Shown here piece after piece: positions 19,058 through 27,532 of a stretch of DNA of 64,000 bases (positions within the stretch are counted from its first letter, which is position 1; every line of letters begins with the position of its first letter). A program made the translations under genes and the position numbers. Source of the DNA: a virus (Duplodnaviria; Caudoviricetes); IMG/VR virus record IMGVR_UViG_3300034062_006701, one strand, 5' to 3'. Under the pieces are notes generated by a model. The model worked only from the letters and a program-made list of their open reading frames with translations, made no database searches and was not told the DNA's origin.

Positions 19058-19888
19058 TTAGATTTGTATAGTGTTTAGTTTAATGTTTTCCTGATTGTTT
19101 GTAAAGGAGTTTGTGCATCCCAATGTATCAAACCTTTCCAAAAGGATGTTAACTCCTTTAGAATAGATGCCATGAGTTGTCCAAAGATGTATATTATATT
19201 GTAAAGGATAAGCTTTACGAATAGCATCTGCTACTCCAAGGAATGTTCCTCCTCCATCACAAATATCATCAACAATAACAAGATCAGTAACACCTTCCTT
19301 GATAAGTCTTTCCTTGGAAACAGAAAAGTCACTATCAACAAAGAATCCCATAAGAGATCCATCAATAGGACTTCTAGTTTTTCCACATTGGATTGCCTTA
19401 TCGACACCAAGAGCACTACAATATCTTTGGGTCTTTTCATGTGCCCCCTTATCGGGTGCAATTAAGACAACTTTATCCAGTGTTATTATTCCAATTTTAT
19501 GAAGATACTTTTCAATATACTTTGCTGGAGATACAGATTCAAGATGAATACCTGCTTGTTTGAATATTTCAATACTAGCATGTGAGTGCAAATCAATGGT
19601 TTTTACATGGGTAATACCAGCGGCAGAAATAAGACTAGCAAGTACGGCAATAGCAAGAGGATCACCATGCGTTGCAATACGATCTTGTCTGGCATAAGGA
19701 AGATAAGGGATTGTAATAGATGTAATATCATTATCTGTATCATATTCATAGGCATTAATAGCCATGAACATTCCAATGAGGTCATCCGAGCTTTGAATCC
19801 TAAAGACAGTATCAAATGCTTCAGGGTTCTCTACACGAACTCCGACTTCACCACCAGAGTATTTCCATGTCTTGTATGCTTGTTTCAT
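19058..19888 (-). CDS. ribose-phosphate pyrophosphokinase-like protein (NARP1 Adps candidate)
   Basis: YSGGEVGV, PYLPYARQDR, DLHS, APDKGA, IVDDICDGGGTF, THGIYSKG. Confidence 0.9.
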   Translation of the reverse strand: MKQAYKTWKYSGGEVGVRVENPEAFDTVFRIQSSDDLIGMFMAINAYEYDTDNDITSITIPYLPYARQDRIATHGDPLAIAVLASLISAAGITHVKTIDLHSHASIEIFKQAGIHLESVSPAKYIEKYLHKIGIITLDKVVLIAPDKGAHEKTQRYCSALGVDKAIQCGKTRSPIDGSLMGFFVDSDFSVSKERLIKEGVTDLVIVDDICDGGGTFLGVADAIRKAYPLQYNIHLWTTHGIYSKGVNILLERFDTLGCTNSFTNNQENIKLNTIQI

Positions 19889-19927
19889 ATTTTTATAATC
19901 TATATCAAATTCTAGGAAAAGACAAGA

Positions 19928-20227
19928 TTAATCTTCTCTTGGATCAAATTGTTCTTTGTACTCTTTAATTGCTTCACTCTTAATCTCTTCAATCCTCTGA
20001 TTAAAAATATTCAAAAGGTAATTCATAAAGATTTTTGCTGAATCTTCCATATCACCTTCAAACTTCAGCTTATCTTCATTAAAATCTAAACAACCACTTA
20101 CTTTAGTTCCATTGTCGAAGATAAACTTAATAGTATAATCTGGTTTAAAAAAAGATACATCATCACCACAAGTAATTTTACTCCAATCTATTGTATCAAT
20201 TTTTAGTTCTTCGTTCATATTATTCAA
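19928..20227 (-). CDS. hypothetical protein
   Basis: 99-aa ORF. Confidence 0.7.
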   Translation of the reverse strand: MNNMNEELKIDTIDWSKITCGDDVSFFKPDYTIKFIFDNGTKVSGCLDFNEDKLKFEGDMEDSAKIFMNYLLNIFNQRIEEIKSEAIKEYKEQFDPRED

Positions 20228-20356
20228 CAGTTATAGTTTCATTAAGTTTACTTTTTAACTATTTTTACAACCAGAAAAGCTAATCCTAATATACCAAAGA
20301 ATGTACAGTTGTTAATTATTACCTTAATTAATAGTAAAGCATCTTCGTGTGTCATA

Positions 20357-20569
20357 TTATCCCACTTTAAAGAAGTGTAATCCAAGATTACCAATGTTGC
20401 ATTGTCTGGCAACAAATCTTGTAATCTTTTTAAGATCAGAATCATATGAGTTATTGAACTCATAGTTATGTGTACCAAAGAATCTAATAAAAGGTCTCCA
20501 TGAGACTCTAAATGTATACTTGGTATTGAATATAACTGTGCTATAATCTATTAAGAATGTTTCTTCCAT
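20357..20569 (-). CDS. hypothetical protein
   Basis: start moved to MEETFL. Confidence 0.6.
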   Translation of the reverse strand: MEETFLIDYSTVIFNTKYTFRVSWRPFIRFFGTHNYEFNNSYDSDLKKITRFVARQCNIGNLGLHFFKVG

Positions 20570-20570
20570 A

Positions 20571-21182
20571 TTATTTCCTAATATAACACCAAATTGTAGC
20601 CAAGTCAATTACAAAAAGCAGAATGACCATAAAGAACATAATCATAGATTCTCTTGTTAATTTCTTAATATGATTAAAGTGTCTCTCATTGATCATATTT
20701 TGAGCAGATTTGAATACATCTAAATCAAGTCTATTATTTTTAATAACTTGCTCAGTTACATTTTTGAATATATCAAACTCAAACTCCTTCTCTTCAATAT
20801 CATGCTCAATGTGCTTCTTAAATGCTTTGAATTCATCTTTATGTGAACTAAAATCTTGTTCCAAATCAATAATTCTCCTTCTGCTGTCATTAGCAAAGAT
20901 TGAAATATCTCCTAAAGCATCTTCTAATCCTTCTACATTCTTTTGAGGAATAGAAGCTGAAACAATATTTGCTCCAATAGCTCCAGTCACTGTAATATCA
21001 GGCTTCTTCATCTTTAAATTACAATCAGTGCAATACTTTGCTCTAAATGATACAGGAACTCCATTCTTATCATATTGAGCATTGATTCTAAATGTCTTAT
21101 TACAATCTCTGCATACAACATCTTCAACCTTAGTCACATTAGAAAATGGATCTGTAAAGTCATTCTCATTCATATTAGTCAA
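20571..21182 (-). CDS. zinc-finger / coiled-coil protein with C-terminal TM segment
   Basis: CRDC...CTDC; hydrophobic C-terminus. Confidence 0.7.
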   Translation of the reverse strand: MTNMNENDFTDPFSNVTKVEDVVCRDCNKTFRINAQYDKNGVPVSFRAKYCTDCNLKMKKPDITVTGAIGANIVSASIPQKNVEGLEDALGDISIFANDSRRRIIDLEQDFSSHKDEFKAFKKHIEHDIEEKEFEFDIFKNVTEQVIKNNRLDLDVFKSAQNMINERHFNHIKKLTRESMIMFFMVILLFVIDLATIWCYIRK

Positions 21183-21345
21183 TTAGATCTTCTCCAGAGG
21201 CCTCCCAAAAGGGCATTCCAGTGATTTTATTAATCCTAATGATATCTGCATCTATGCACTCTTCTAAAAGATCCATAAGAGCTAGTGGATGCTGCATTAG
21301 GAGATATGCTGCCCTTTCAATAGGTGTTGTTGGTTCAATGTTCAT
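21175..21345 (-). CDS. hypothetical protein
   Basis: start moved to MNIEPT. Confidence 0.6.
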   Translation of the reverse strand: MNIEPTTPIERAAYLLMQHPLALMDLLEECIDADIIRINKITGMPFWEASGEDLID

Positions 21346-21445
21346 ATTACTTTGAAAGTCTACCAAGTACAAAACCTATCGAATAAGTAAAGAAAGCTAA
21401 TAGTATAATTGCTATTCTAGGGTCTATTGTTATGTTCATATTATT

Positions 21446-21817
21446 TTAAAAACAAGCATCCAAATTGCTACTATCAGTAATTACTACTGGTTTTGGTTTG
21501 TCATATTTTTCCTTTACCTTCTCATAAGCTCTGTCATAGACATCACCAATTGGATCTTTTACAACATCTCCAGTTTCATCTCTCCCATGTCCAAGTTCCT
21601 CTAATAGATTATGAAACTCATCAATGATCATTTTGTTATAGTAAACTTCCCTTGCATAATACTCACCATATTTGCAATCATGGCCTAAAAGAGATTTCTC
21701 AATAGAACAGCATCCTTCCTCACCACAGCATCCACACTTCTTACAATAAGCACTATCAAAATAATCTCTTTTCCAATCTATAAATTTTTGCCAAAGATTT
21801 TTAAAATAATTTATCAT
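21446..21817 (-). CDS. Cys-cluster hypothetical protein
   Basis: CKKCGCCGEEGCC motif. Confidence 0.7.
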   Translation of the reverse strand: MINYFKNLWQKFIDWKRDYFDSAYCKKCGCCGEEGCCSIEKSLLGHDCKYGEYYAREVYYNKMIIDEFHNLLEELGHGRDETGDVVKDPIGDVYDRAYEKVKEKYDKPKPVVITDSSNLDACF

Positions 21818-21818
21818 A

Positions 21819-22166
21819 TTATTTCTTCCTTTCTCTATTATTAATAATCACATCACAGTCAATATCATAATCTTTATAATTCACAGGGTCTTTGATATAA
21901 TAAGCTCCTCCACAAGTTTGTGCAAGGAATAAGAAATTCCAATATACCTGAGTCTTTAGAGCATAAACAATAGATTCATTACCAGACCAGCCACCAGTAG
22001 CAATCTTTAGCCACCCATTCTGTCTATTCCACATCCCATATCCTTTTTGATATGCCTTTTCAGCAAAATTCAAACAGTTTACAAAGTCTTCCATAGGCCA
22101 TTTCTCAATAGCCTCAATAGTATCATCAGATGGATAACCATCAATATCAAAGGTTGGTTCTTTCAT
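21819..22166 (-). CDS. conserved phage hypothetical protein
   Basis: DGYP...ATGGWSGNESIV motif. Confidence 0.8.
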   Translation of the reverse strand: MKEPTFDIDGYPSDDTIEAIEKWPMEDFVNCLNFAEKAYQKGYGMWNRQNGWLKIATGGWSGNESIVYALKTQVYWNFLFLAQTCGGAYYIKDPVNYKDYDIDCDVIINNRERKK

Positions 22167-22172
22167 TTTTAT

Positions 22173-22201
22173 AGTCTATATGCTTTAGGAGGACTTGTCA
22201 A
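22173..22201 (-). promoter_or_regulatory. sigma70-type cassette promoter
   Basis: TTGACA-17-TAGACT, 6 nt, ATG. Confidence 0.8.
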
Positions 22202-22204
22202 GAA

Positions 22205-22561
22205 TTAAATCCAAAAAGACCAAAAGCTATGCCATAACTTTGTGATCCAGTTAAACTTAACACCATCATAATATCTCACAATGAAACCATTAGGTGTATC
22301 ATATATCTTATAAAGAACAATGCCTTTGTTTTCAATAAGCCAAATAAGCATATCATTAAAACTCTGAAATTGTCTGCAACAAGCAACATGTACACTCTGT
22401 TTTGTAGATGGAAACTTACAAAACAGATTTATAGGACCACCATCCTTACAATGATAGCTATTTGTCTTCTTTACAAGAACATCAAATTCTGAGCTTGAAA
22501 TCTCTAGTCTGTCCAATCCTTTTGATGGATGACCATCAGTATTAATATACAGTTCAGTCAT
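22205..22561 (-). CDS. hypothetical protein
   Basis: 118-aa ORF behind a promoter. Confidence 0.75.
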   Translation of the reverse strand: MTELYINTDGHPSKGLDRLEISSSEFDVLVKKTNSYHCKDGGPINLFCKFPSTKQSVHVACCRQFQSFNDMLIWLIENKGIVLYKIYDTPNGFIVRYYDGVKFNWITKLWHSFWSFWI

Positions 22562-22567
22562 TTTTAT

Positions 22568-22596
22568 ATTCTATATGCTTTAGGAGGAGGTGTCAA
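22568..22596 (-). promoter_or_regulatory. sigma70-type cassette promoter
   Basis: TTGACA-17-TAGAAT, 6 nt, ATG. Confidence 0.85.
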
Positions 22597-22828
22597 ATGA
22601 ATAATCTCTTTTGTTCCAAATAATCTCAAACAAAAGCCTCTTCCATCTGATTCCAAACTTTGAATAAGATGAGCAATTAAAAGTAGACAACCTGGGAAAC
22701 CTTGATTTATAAAGTTCAGCAGGGGTATCTGGAATACTCCAAAGACTAATAGTAATCTTATTGTTCAGCAGGTTAAAGCAGAAGTATTTCTTTGCTGGTA
22801 TAGCTGTGTTTGGTATAAAAATGCTCAT
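22580..22828 (-). CDS. hypothetical protein, paralog of 10561..10833
   Basis: start moved to MSIFIP; reads into the promoter spacer. Confidence 0.7.
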   Translation of the reverse strand: MSIFIPNTAIPAKKYFCFNLLNNKITISLWSIPDTPAELYKSRFPRLSTFNCSSYSKFGIRWKRLLFEIIWNKRDYSFDTSS

Positions 22829-22829
22829 A

Positions 22830-23495
22830 TTATTCTCCCCAAGTAATAGTAGCATTCTTTTCTGGCTTATCAACATAGAAGCCAACTACATCAAAGTTAC
22901 AGCCAATTCTATACTGTTCTCCTCTAGGAAGCTTTGGCAATGCTTTCTTACCCAACTTCCAAATGCTCTCATAATCTTCATTAGTAAAGAACTCAAAAGC
23001 CTTCTCTTGATACTTCTTAGGGAATGGAAAGAACTTCTCAGTACTAAAGTTCTTAATCACAGCATAAGGGACTTTAGAAGTAGGAACTACTCCAATGTTA
23101 CCATCAGCATCAACAGTCCATCCTTCCCTCCATCCATCAGTCCTCTTATAGTATTTGTACTGCTTAAAGGTTTTATAGAGCTCATAAGCTAAAGTAGCAT
23201 CTCCTACCTTCTCAGTATTATAAATGCCATAAGAAGCATTAGGACTAAGCTCAGGAAAAAGAATCTTTCTAGTAAAGTTCTCAATAGCCATTGCATCCTC
23301 ATAATCAATAGGAGTATCAAAAGCCTCATCAAGGGCATGTTTGATTTGACCAAGTTTTAATCGTTGGTATGTCTCGAGCGCCCGAACCACTACATCGAGG
23401 TGTTCCTCCTGGAGTTCAACAGTAACAGGCTGACGAACTTTCTTCTTATAATTCTTAGAGGCAGCTTTGAGAGTCTTTGCAGCTTTCTTATTCAT
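22830..23495 (-). CDS. hypothetical protein
   Basis: 221-aa ORF behind a promoter. Confidence 0.75.
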   Translation of the reverse strand: MNKKAAKTLKAASKNYKKKVRQPVTVELQEEHLDVVVRALETYQRLKLGQIKHALDEAFDTPIDYEDAMAIENFTRKILFPELSPNASYGIYNTEKVGDATLAYELYKTFKQYKYYKRTDGWREGWTVDADGNIGVVPTSKVPYAVIKNFSTEKFFPFPKKYQEKAFEFFTNEDYESIWKLGKKALPKLPRGEQYRIGCNFDVVGFYVDKPEKNATITWGE

Positions 23496-23501
23496 ACACC
23501 T

Positions 23502-23530
23502 ATAATAGATGAACTGTGCTGGACAGTCAA
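23502..23530 (-). promoter_or_regulatory. sigma70-type promoter
   Basis: TTGACT-17-TATTAT, 6 nt, ATG. Confidence 0.7.
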
Positions 23531-23537
23531 GAAAAAA

Positions 23538-23628
23538 CTCCTAGGTGTTGTGTTTTCTGCAATGAATAACAACTACCTCCACAGAAAGCTCATGTGGAAA
23601 TAACACCTAGGAGCATAAGTACTTATGC
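23538..23628 (+). repeat. inverted repeats upstream of the HNH gene
   Basis: 12-bp IR CTCCTAGGTGTT (23538-49) / AACACCTAGGAG (23602-13); 16-bp palindrome GCATAAGTACTTATGC (23613-28). Confidence 0.85.
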
Positions 23629-23629
23629 A

Positions 23630-24496
23630 ATGAATAACACTACTCAACAACTATCTATTGTAATAACCAGCTGTTCATGTTGTAATAAGGAATTTTCCTT
23701 TTATCCACCTTCTCGAAATAGAAAATACTGTTCAAGAAAATGCTCTAGAGTACATCATGCTAGCAAATTGCCTTCGTTATTGATTACCATCAATTGTAAA
23801 ATTTGTAACAAGGAGTTCAAATCACATTCAAAGAAAAAAAGAAAATACTGTTCGAGGGAGTGTTATACCAAAAGCATGGTTAAACCTGGAACTGCAGAAA
23901 GAAAGATACAGTATAGACTTGAACATAGAGAACAACATAGAATATACAGCAGGGAACATTATTTAAAGAATAAAGAAAAGAGAAAGAAACAAGATCAAGA
24001 AAGAAGGAAGGACCCAGAGCATAAAAAAAGAAGAGCTGAGTATATGGCAAACAGGTATAAGAATCCTATTAACAGAGAAAAGAGAAAAGCATACTATAAA
24101 GTTTATAATAAGAAAAATAAAGAGCATAATCTTAAATTAACAAGAGCTAGATATTACAAATACATTAAAGATCCTAAGCAGAAACTAAAGTTTAAATTAA
24201 GAAATAGGTTGTATATTGCTCTAAAAGCTAAAAATGCTGAAAAGCAATTAAGTGCTATAGCTCTTATTGGATGCTCTATAGAAGAGCTTAAAAAGCATAT
24301 AGAATCTCAATGGCTAGAAGGAATGACATGGGAGAATCATACTGTAAATGGTTGGCATATAGATCATATAATGCCATGTAATACATTTGACCTAACCAAT
24401 ATCGAAGAACAGAAGAAGTGCTTTCATTACACTAATCTAAGACCTCTTTGGGGACCTGATAATATCTCTAGGCCTCATGATGGCAGTGATCTTTAG
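23630..24496 (+). CDS. free-standing HNH-type endonuclease with N-terminal zinc-finger repeats
   Basis: two CxxC..KYCSRxC repeats, basic helix, GMTWEN..GWHIDHIMPC...CFHYTNLRPLW..DN; antisense to all neighbours. Confidence 0.85.
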   Translation: MNNTTQQLSIVITSCSCCNKEFSFYPPSRNRKYCSRKCSRVHHASKLPSLLITINCKICNKEFKSHSKKKRKYCSRECYTKSMVKPGTAERKIQYRLEHREQHRIYSREHYLKNKEKRKKQDQERRKDPEHKKRRAEYMANRYKNPINREKRKAYYKVYNKKNKEHNLKLTRARYYKYIKDPKQKLKFKLRNRLYIALKAKNAEKQLSAIALIGCSIEELKKHIESQWLEGMTWENHTVNGWHIDHIMPCNTFDLTNIEEQKKCFHYTNLRPLWGPDNISRPHDGSDL

Positions 24497-24512
24497 GACA
24501 CTTCAAGCCTTA

Positions 24513-24851
24513 TTAGCTTTCACCTAAAGTATTCTTCAATCTAAGAACAAAATCCTTTATGTTTAACATCTGATAATCATCATAAGTCATATAGCTGTCT
24601 CCAAATTCATCAACTCTAATAACAGCTAAAATATGCTTTTTACCATTTGTTGTTACAAATTCTTCAATTACAAATTCCTCATCATTAATCTCGAAAGAAT
24701 ATTCTACAGAGTGTTTAATAGCTCCTTTTGTATAATTTTTATCATTCTTCTCATACTTTACCCCATTCCTATCAAGTAAAGATAATACCATCTGTACAAT
24801 ATTGCCTTCAACATTCTCCATAATATTTTCAACCAGTTTATCGAATTTCAT
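24513..24851 (-). CDS. late protein with MKFDKLVENIM N-terminus
   Basis: TAAATA at 24857-62, 5 nt before ATG. Confidence 0.8.
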   Translation of the reverse strand: MKFDKLVENIMENVEGNIVQMVLSLLDRNGVKYEKNDKNYTKGAIKHSVEYSFEINDEEFVIEEFVTTNGKKHILAVIRVDEFGDSYMTYDDYQMLNIKDFVLRLKNTLGES

Positions 24852-24876
24852 ATTATTATTTAATATATATTAACTC

Positions 24877-25158
24877 TTAAATTGAATTCAAAATCTCATC
24901 AAGTTCAGCTTCCATATCCTCCTCATACCCTTCATACTTTATACTGTTGATTGTGATAGGTGCATCATAAACACAATCCTTAACAGCCTCTCTACAAGCC
25001 CTAAAGATATGCTTATTAAGTGCTGAACCCTTCAGATCATCTTCGACATTAATAATTGTATCGAAGTCAATAATCATCCTCCCCCTTACTTCAATATCTT
25101 TCATATAATTCTTTGCAGCCTTCTTCAGATTCTTTCTAGCTTGTGCTTTAGTAGTCAT
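24877..25158 (-). CDS. hypothetical protein
   Basis: 93 aa; promoter TTGAAA-17-TATTAT at 25168-96. Confidence 0.75.
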   Translation of the reverse strand: MTTKAQARKNLKKAAKNYMKDIEVRGRMIIDFDTIINVEDDLKGSALNKHIFRACREAVKDCVYDAPITINSIKYEGYEEDMEAELDEILNSI

Positions 25159-25192
25159 TATGCTTTTATAATATAGAAATTTTTAGGACTTT

Positions 25193-25498
25193 TCAAGCTT
25201 CTTCTTTTGGAACAGGTGTAATTTCACTCTGAACAATCTCTGGAAACTTTGTAGTAAGCTTTGGGATTACTGCCTTTGGTATAGATGTATGCTTTGCAAT
25301 TATATCTTCAAGCATTTTAACTCTATCCTTTAGTTCATTTCTTTCTTTTCTTACTCTATATAAATTAGTAGCAAACCCCTCACATCTTTCTTCTAAGTGT
25401 TTTACATAAATCATTACCTTTGTCTCAACATCCTTAGCAATGTTTTCTTGAACAGCTAAATGTAAACACTTCAAAGCCTTTAACATTTCTTCATTCAT
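25193..25498 (-). CDS. hypothetical protein
   Basis: start moved to MNEEML; stop lies in the next -35. Confidence 0.7.
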   Translation of the reverse strand: MNEEMLKALKCLHLAVQENIAKDVETKVMIYVKHLEERCEGFATNLYRVRKERNELKDRVKMLEDIIAKHTSIPKAVIPKLTTKFPEIVQSEITPVPKEEA

Positions 25499-25499
25499 A

Positions 25500-25766
25500 T
25501 TATCCAGCATTAAAGGATGATAGGACCAGACCAACTTCCTGACTTTCATCAGCTTTTCCAAGATATTTTACATATACATTATCAGGTGATGATGCCCAGG
25601 AGCCATAATTATTATTCCACCTATGTTCAGTCATAAAGGTACCCCACATAGTACTTGGATCAATCCTTTTAGCTGTCTCTTCATCTGGTGCTACAACAAC
25701 CATAGAGTCATAGGTGTCATAACCTTTGCTCTCTTCTTGATAAACAAGATAAATGTTATTCTTCAT
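25500..25766 (-). CDS. conserved phage hypothetical protein
   Basis: YDTYDSMVVVAPDEETAK...SSFNAG. Confidence 0.8.
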   Translation of the reverse strand: MKNNIYLVYQEESKGYDTYDSMVVVAPDEETAKRIDPSTMWGTFMTEHRWNNNYGSWASSPDNVYVKYLGKADESQEVGLVLSSFNAG

Positions 25767-25772
25767 GTCTTT

Positions 25773-25801
25773 ATACTATAGGAATTTTTAGGACACTTCA
25801 A
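25773..25801 (-). promoter_or_regulatory. sigma70-type cassette promoter (TTGAAGTGTCCTAA family)
   Basis: TTGAAG-17-TAGTAT, 6 nt, ATG. Confidence 0.8.
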
Positions 25802-26063
25802 GCTTCTTCTTCAGCTCATCCCTCTCCTTAAGATACTTCAAACAGATTTGTGGAACAAACCTACCAAGATCCTCTACTTCAGCATTATGGTTAATATAAT
25901 CAGAGACTTCATTCCACTGATTCATAACCTTTAGAGCTTCTTCTTTCCATTTTTGTAATGCATTTATCTCCCTCTCTAGCTCTCTAGCAAAATCTGCTTC
26001 TACAAAGCCTTCTTGTTCAAGGATGTTAATATCCTCTGCATCTGTTCTTGGTGTATCACTCAT
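25788..26063 (-). CDS. hypothetical protein (MSDTPRTDA type), ends KLEVS
   Basis: FARELERE motif; last codons come from the promoter cassette. Confidence 0.75.
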   Translation of the reverse strand: MSDTPRTDAEDINILEQEGFVEADFARELEREINALQKWKEEALKVMNQWNEVSDYINHNAEVEDLGRFVPQICLKYLKERDELKKKLEVS

Positions 26064-26455
26064 TGTTTAAAAACCTCAATATCCTTGTTAAACCTTACAA
26101 ATGCTTCAAGGTAATTTGTCAACCTTTCTCTTAACTGCTTATTAATATCCCTTAGGTCATTAATCTCCCTCTCATCCTCTTGAGTTTTGACCCACAGAGC
26201 ATCTCTCTCCAGCTTTACTTCTTCTAGCTCTTCAGCAGCATCCCTCAACTGATTGATTTCCCTCTCGTCCTCTTGAGTTTTGACCCACAGAGCATCTCTT
26301 TCTAGTTTAAGCTCTTCTAGCTTCTTTGTAAGATATTTTTCAAGGTCCCATGCTTTATGTTCCAGCATATCTCTTTCGAGCTTAACTGTCTCAAGCTTTT
26401 CTTCGAGCCATACAAACCTAGACTCTGGGTCATTATGATTATAAGGACAATTCAT
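26060..26455 (-). CDS. coiled-coil protein with a tandem KLERDALWVKTQEDEREIN duplication
   Basis: internal repeat visible. Confidence 0.75.
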   Translation of the reverse strand: MNCPYNHNDPESRFVWLEEKLETVKLERDMLEHKAWDLEKYLTKKLEELKLERDALWVKTQEDEREINQLRDAAEELEEVKLERDALWVKTQEDEREINDLRDINKQLRERLTNYLEAFVRFNKDIEVFKQ

Positions 26456-26456
26456 A

Positions 26457-26714
26457 TTAAAAAGGTGGTTGGTTGTTTTTGTACTTCATTCTCCAGTACC
26501 AATAAGGAAATGGTGTACTATACCAAAGACTAATCCACATCCTCCTAAAGCTCTTATGCCATCTCTCTTCTTTAGCAAAATGCATTCCACACTCAGTATG
26601 CCAACAGGCAAGATGGTGTAAAGCCTTCTTGGGATCTTTTGCCCACTCTTCTGTATAGATACCAGTAGTCATCAGCTCTTCAATAATTGCCTCTTTCCAG
26701 ATGTTCTTAGCCAT
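26457..26714 (-). CDS. hypothetical protein
   Basis: 85-aa ORF. Confidence 0.7.
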   Translation of the reverse strand: MAKNIWKEAIIEELMTTGIYTEEWAKDPKKALHHLACWHTECGMHFAKEERWHKSFRRMWISLWYSTPFPYWYWRMKYKNNQPPF

Positions 26715-26726
26715 ATATAAAGGAGT

Positions 26727-27119
26727 TTACTTCTTCCTATTAGCTTCAAGGATAGGAAGGTTAGCTTCTGTAGGAATATAGATTACCTGATTCTTTGTGT
26801 TCTCTAGATTATTAACAAAGAGGTAGCGAAGATATTCCTCATTGTTCTTCAGAGACTCACCAATGATCTTGTTAGCCTCTGCAACTCCCCTCGCCCTTTC
26901 AATCTCTGCCTTTGCTAGCAAAGATGCACTCTCCATCTTAGCCTTTGCCTCAGCTACAGCTACCTCTCGAGAGGATTGAGCATGTGCAAGGATTGCCTCT
27001 CCTTCCATCTTCTTTGAATATACATCATACTTTAGACATCCCCACATTCCAAGGGTAATAACTCCAATGAAGAGAATTGCTACAAGTGTTGTTACTGATA
27101 CTGCTGTTGTTGTTTTCAT
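26727..27119 (-). CDS. SPFH/band-7-related membrane protein (coiled-coil part)
   Basis: N-terminal TM, EIERARGVAEANKIIGESL, YLRYL, VIYIPTEANLPILEA. Confidence 0.75.
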   Translation of the reverse strand: MKTTTAVSVTTLVAILFIGVITLGMWGCLKYDVYSKKMEGEAILAHAQSSREVAVAEAKAKMESASLLAKAEIERARGVAEANKIIGESLKNNEEYLRYLFVNNLENTKNQVIYIPTEANLPILEANRKK

Positions 27120-27127
27120 ATTTTTAT

Positions 27128-27156
27128 AGTCTATAGAGATTTTTAGGACACTTCAA
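27128..27156 (-). promoter_or_regulatory. sigma70-type cassette promoter
   Basis: TTGAAG-17-TAGACT, 8 nt, ATG. Confidence 0.8.
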
Positions 27157-27493
27157 GCTTTTTCTTATCATAGAGTTCAGCATACTCTTGGACAAAGTAG
27201 AATTCAAGCACAACTGCAACAGCTGTCCAAATCCATCCAAACCAAATTAGAGTACAAAAGAATCCAACTGTCACTGGAATTGAAACCCAAAGTGATGTAC
27301 TTGGTCTTGACATTTTTACACTCTCAATCTTTTTAATCGAATTAAGAGCATATACATTAAAAGAAATAATCCATACCCCCAGCCAATTAAATCCAACATA
27401 GATGTATTGTGCTGTCTTATTACCTTCAATGCCCTTCCAAAGAAGAAGAGCTAAAAAGAAATTAAAAAGTAGATAACTAATATTTTTATTCAT
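27143..27493 (-). CDS. multi-TM membrane protein, ends KLEVS
   Basis: 3-4 hydrophobic segments. Confidence 0.7.
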   Translation of the reverse strand: MNKNISYLLFNFFLALLLWKGIEGNKTAQYIYVGFNWLGVWIISFNVYALNSIKKIESVKMSRPSTSLWVSIPVTVGFFCTLIWFGWIWTAVAVVLEFYFVQEYAELYDKKKLEVS

Positions 27494-27501
27494 ATTTTTA
27501 T

Positions 27502-27530
27502 ATACTATAGGGATTCTTAGGACACTTCAA
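27502..27530 (-). promoter_or_regulatory. sigma70-type cassette promoter
   Basis: TTGAAG-17-TAGTAT, 8 nt, ATG. Confidence 0.8.
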
Positions 27531-27532
27531 GT

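Noticed and set aside
23538-24508. IS200/IS605-type transposon or IscB/TnpB system
   Set aside because: No TnpA or RuvC motifs and no matching right-end structure; the protein is an HNH-type free-standing nuclease.
4117-27531. Recurring 30-36-bp repeats considered as a CRISPR or dispersed array
   Set aside because: They are separated by whole genes, not 30-40-bp spacers, and resolve into -35/-10 promoters; no cas genes seen.
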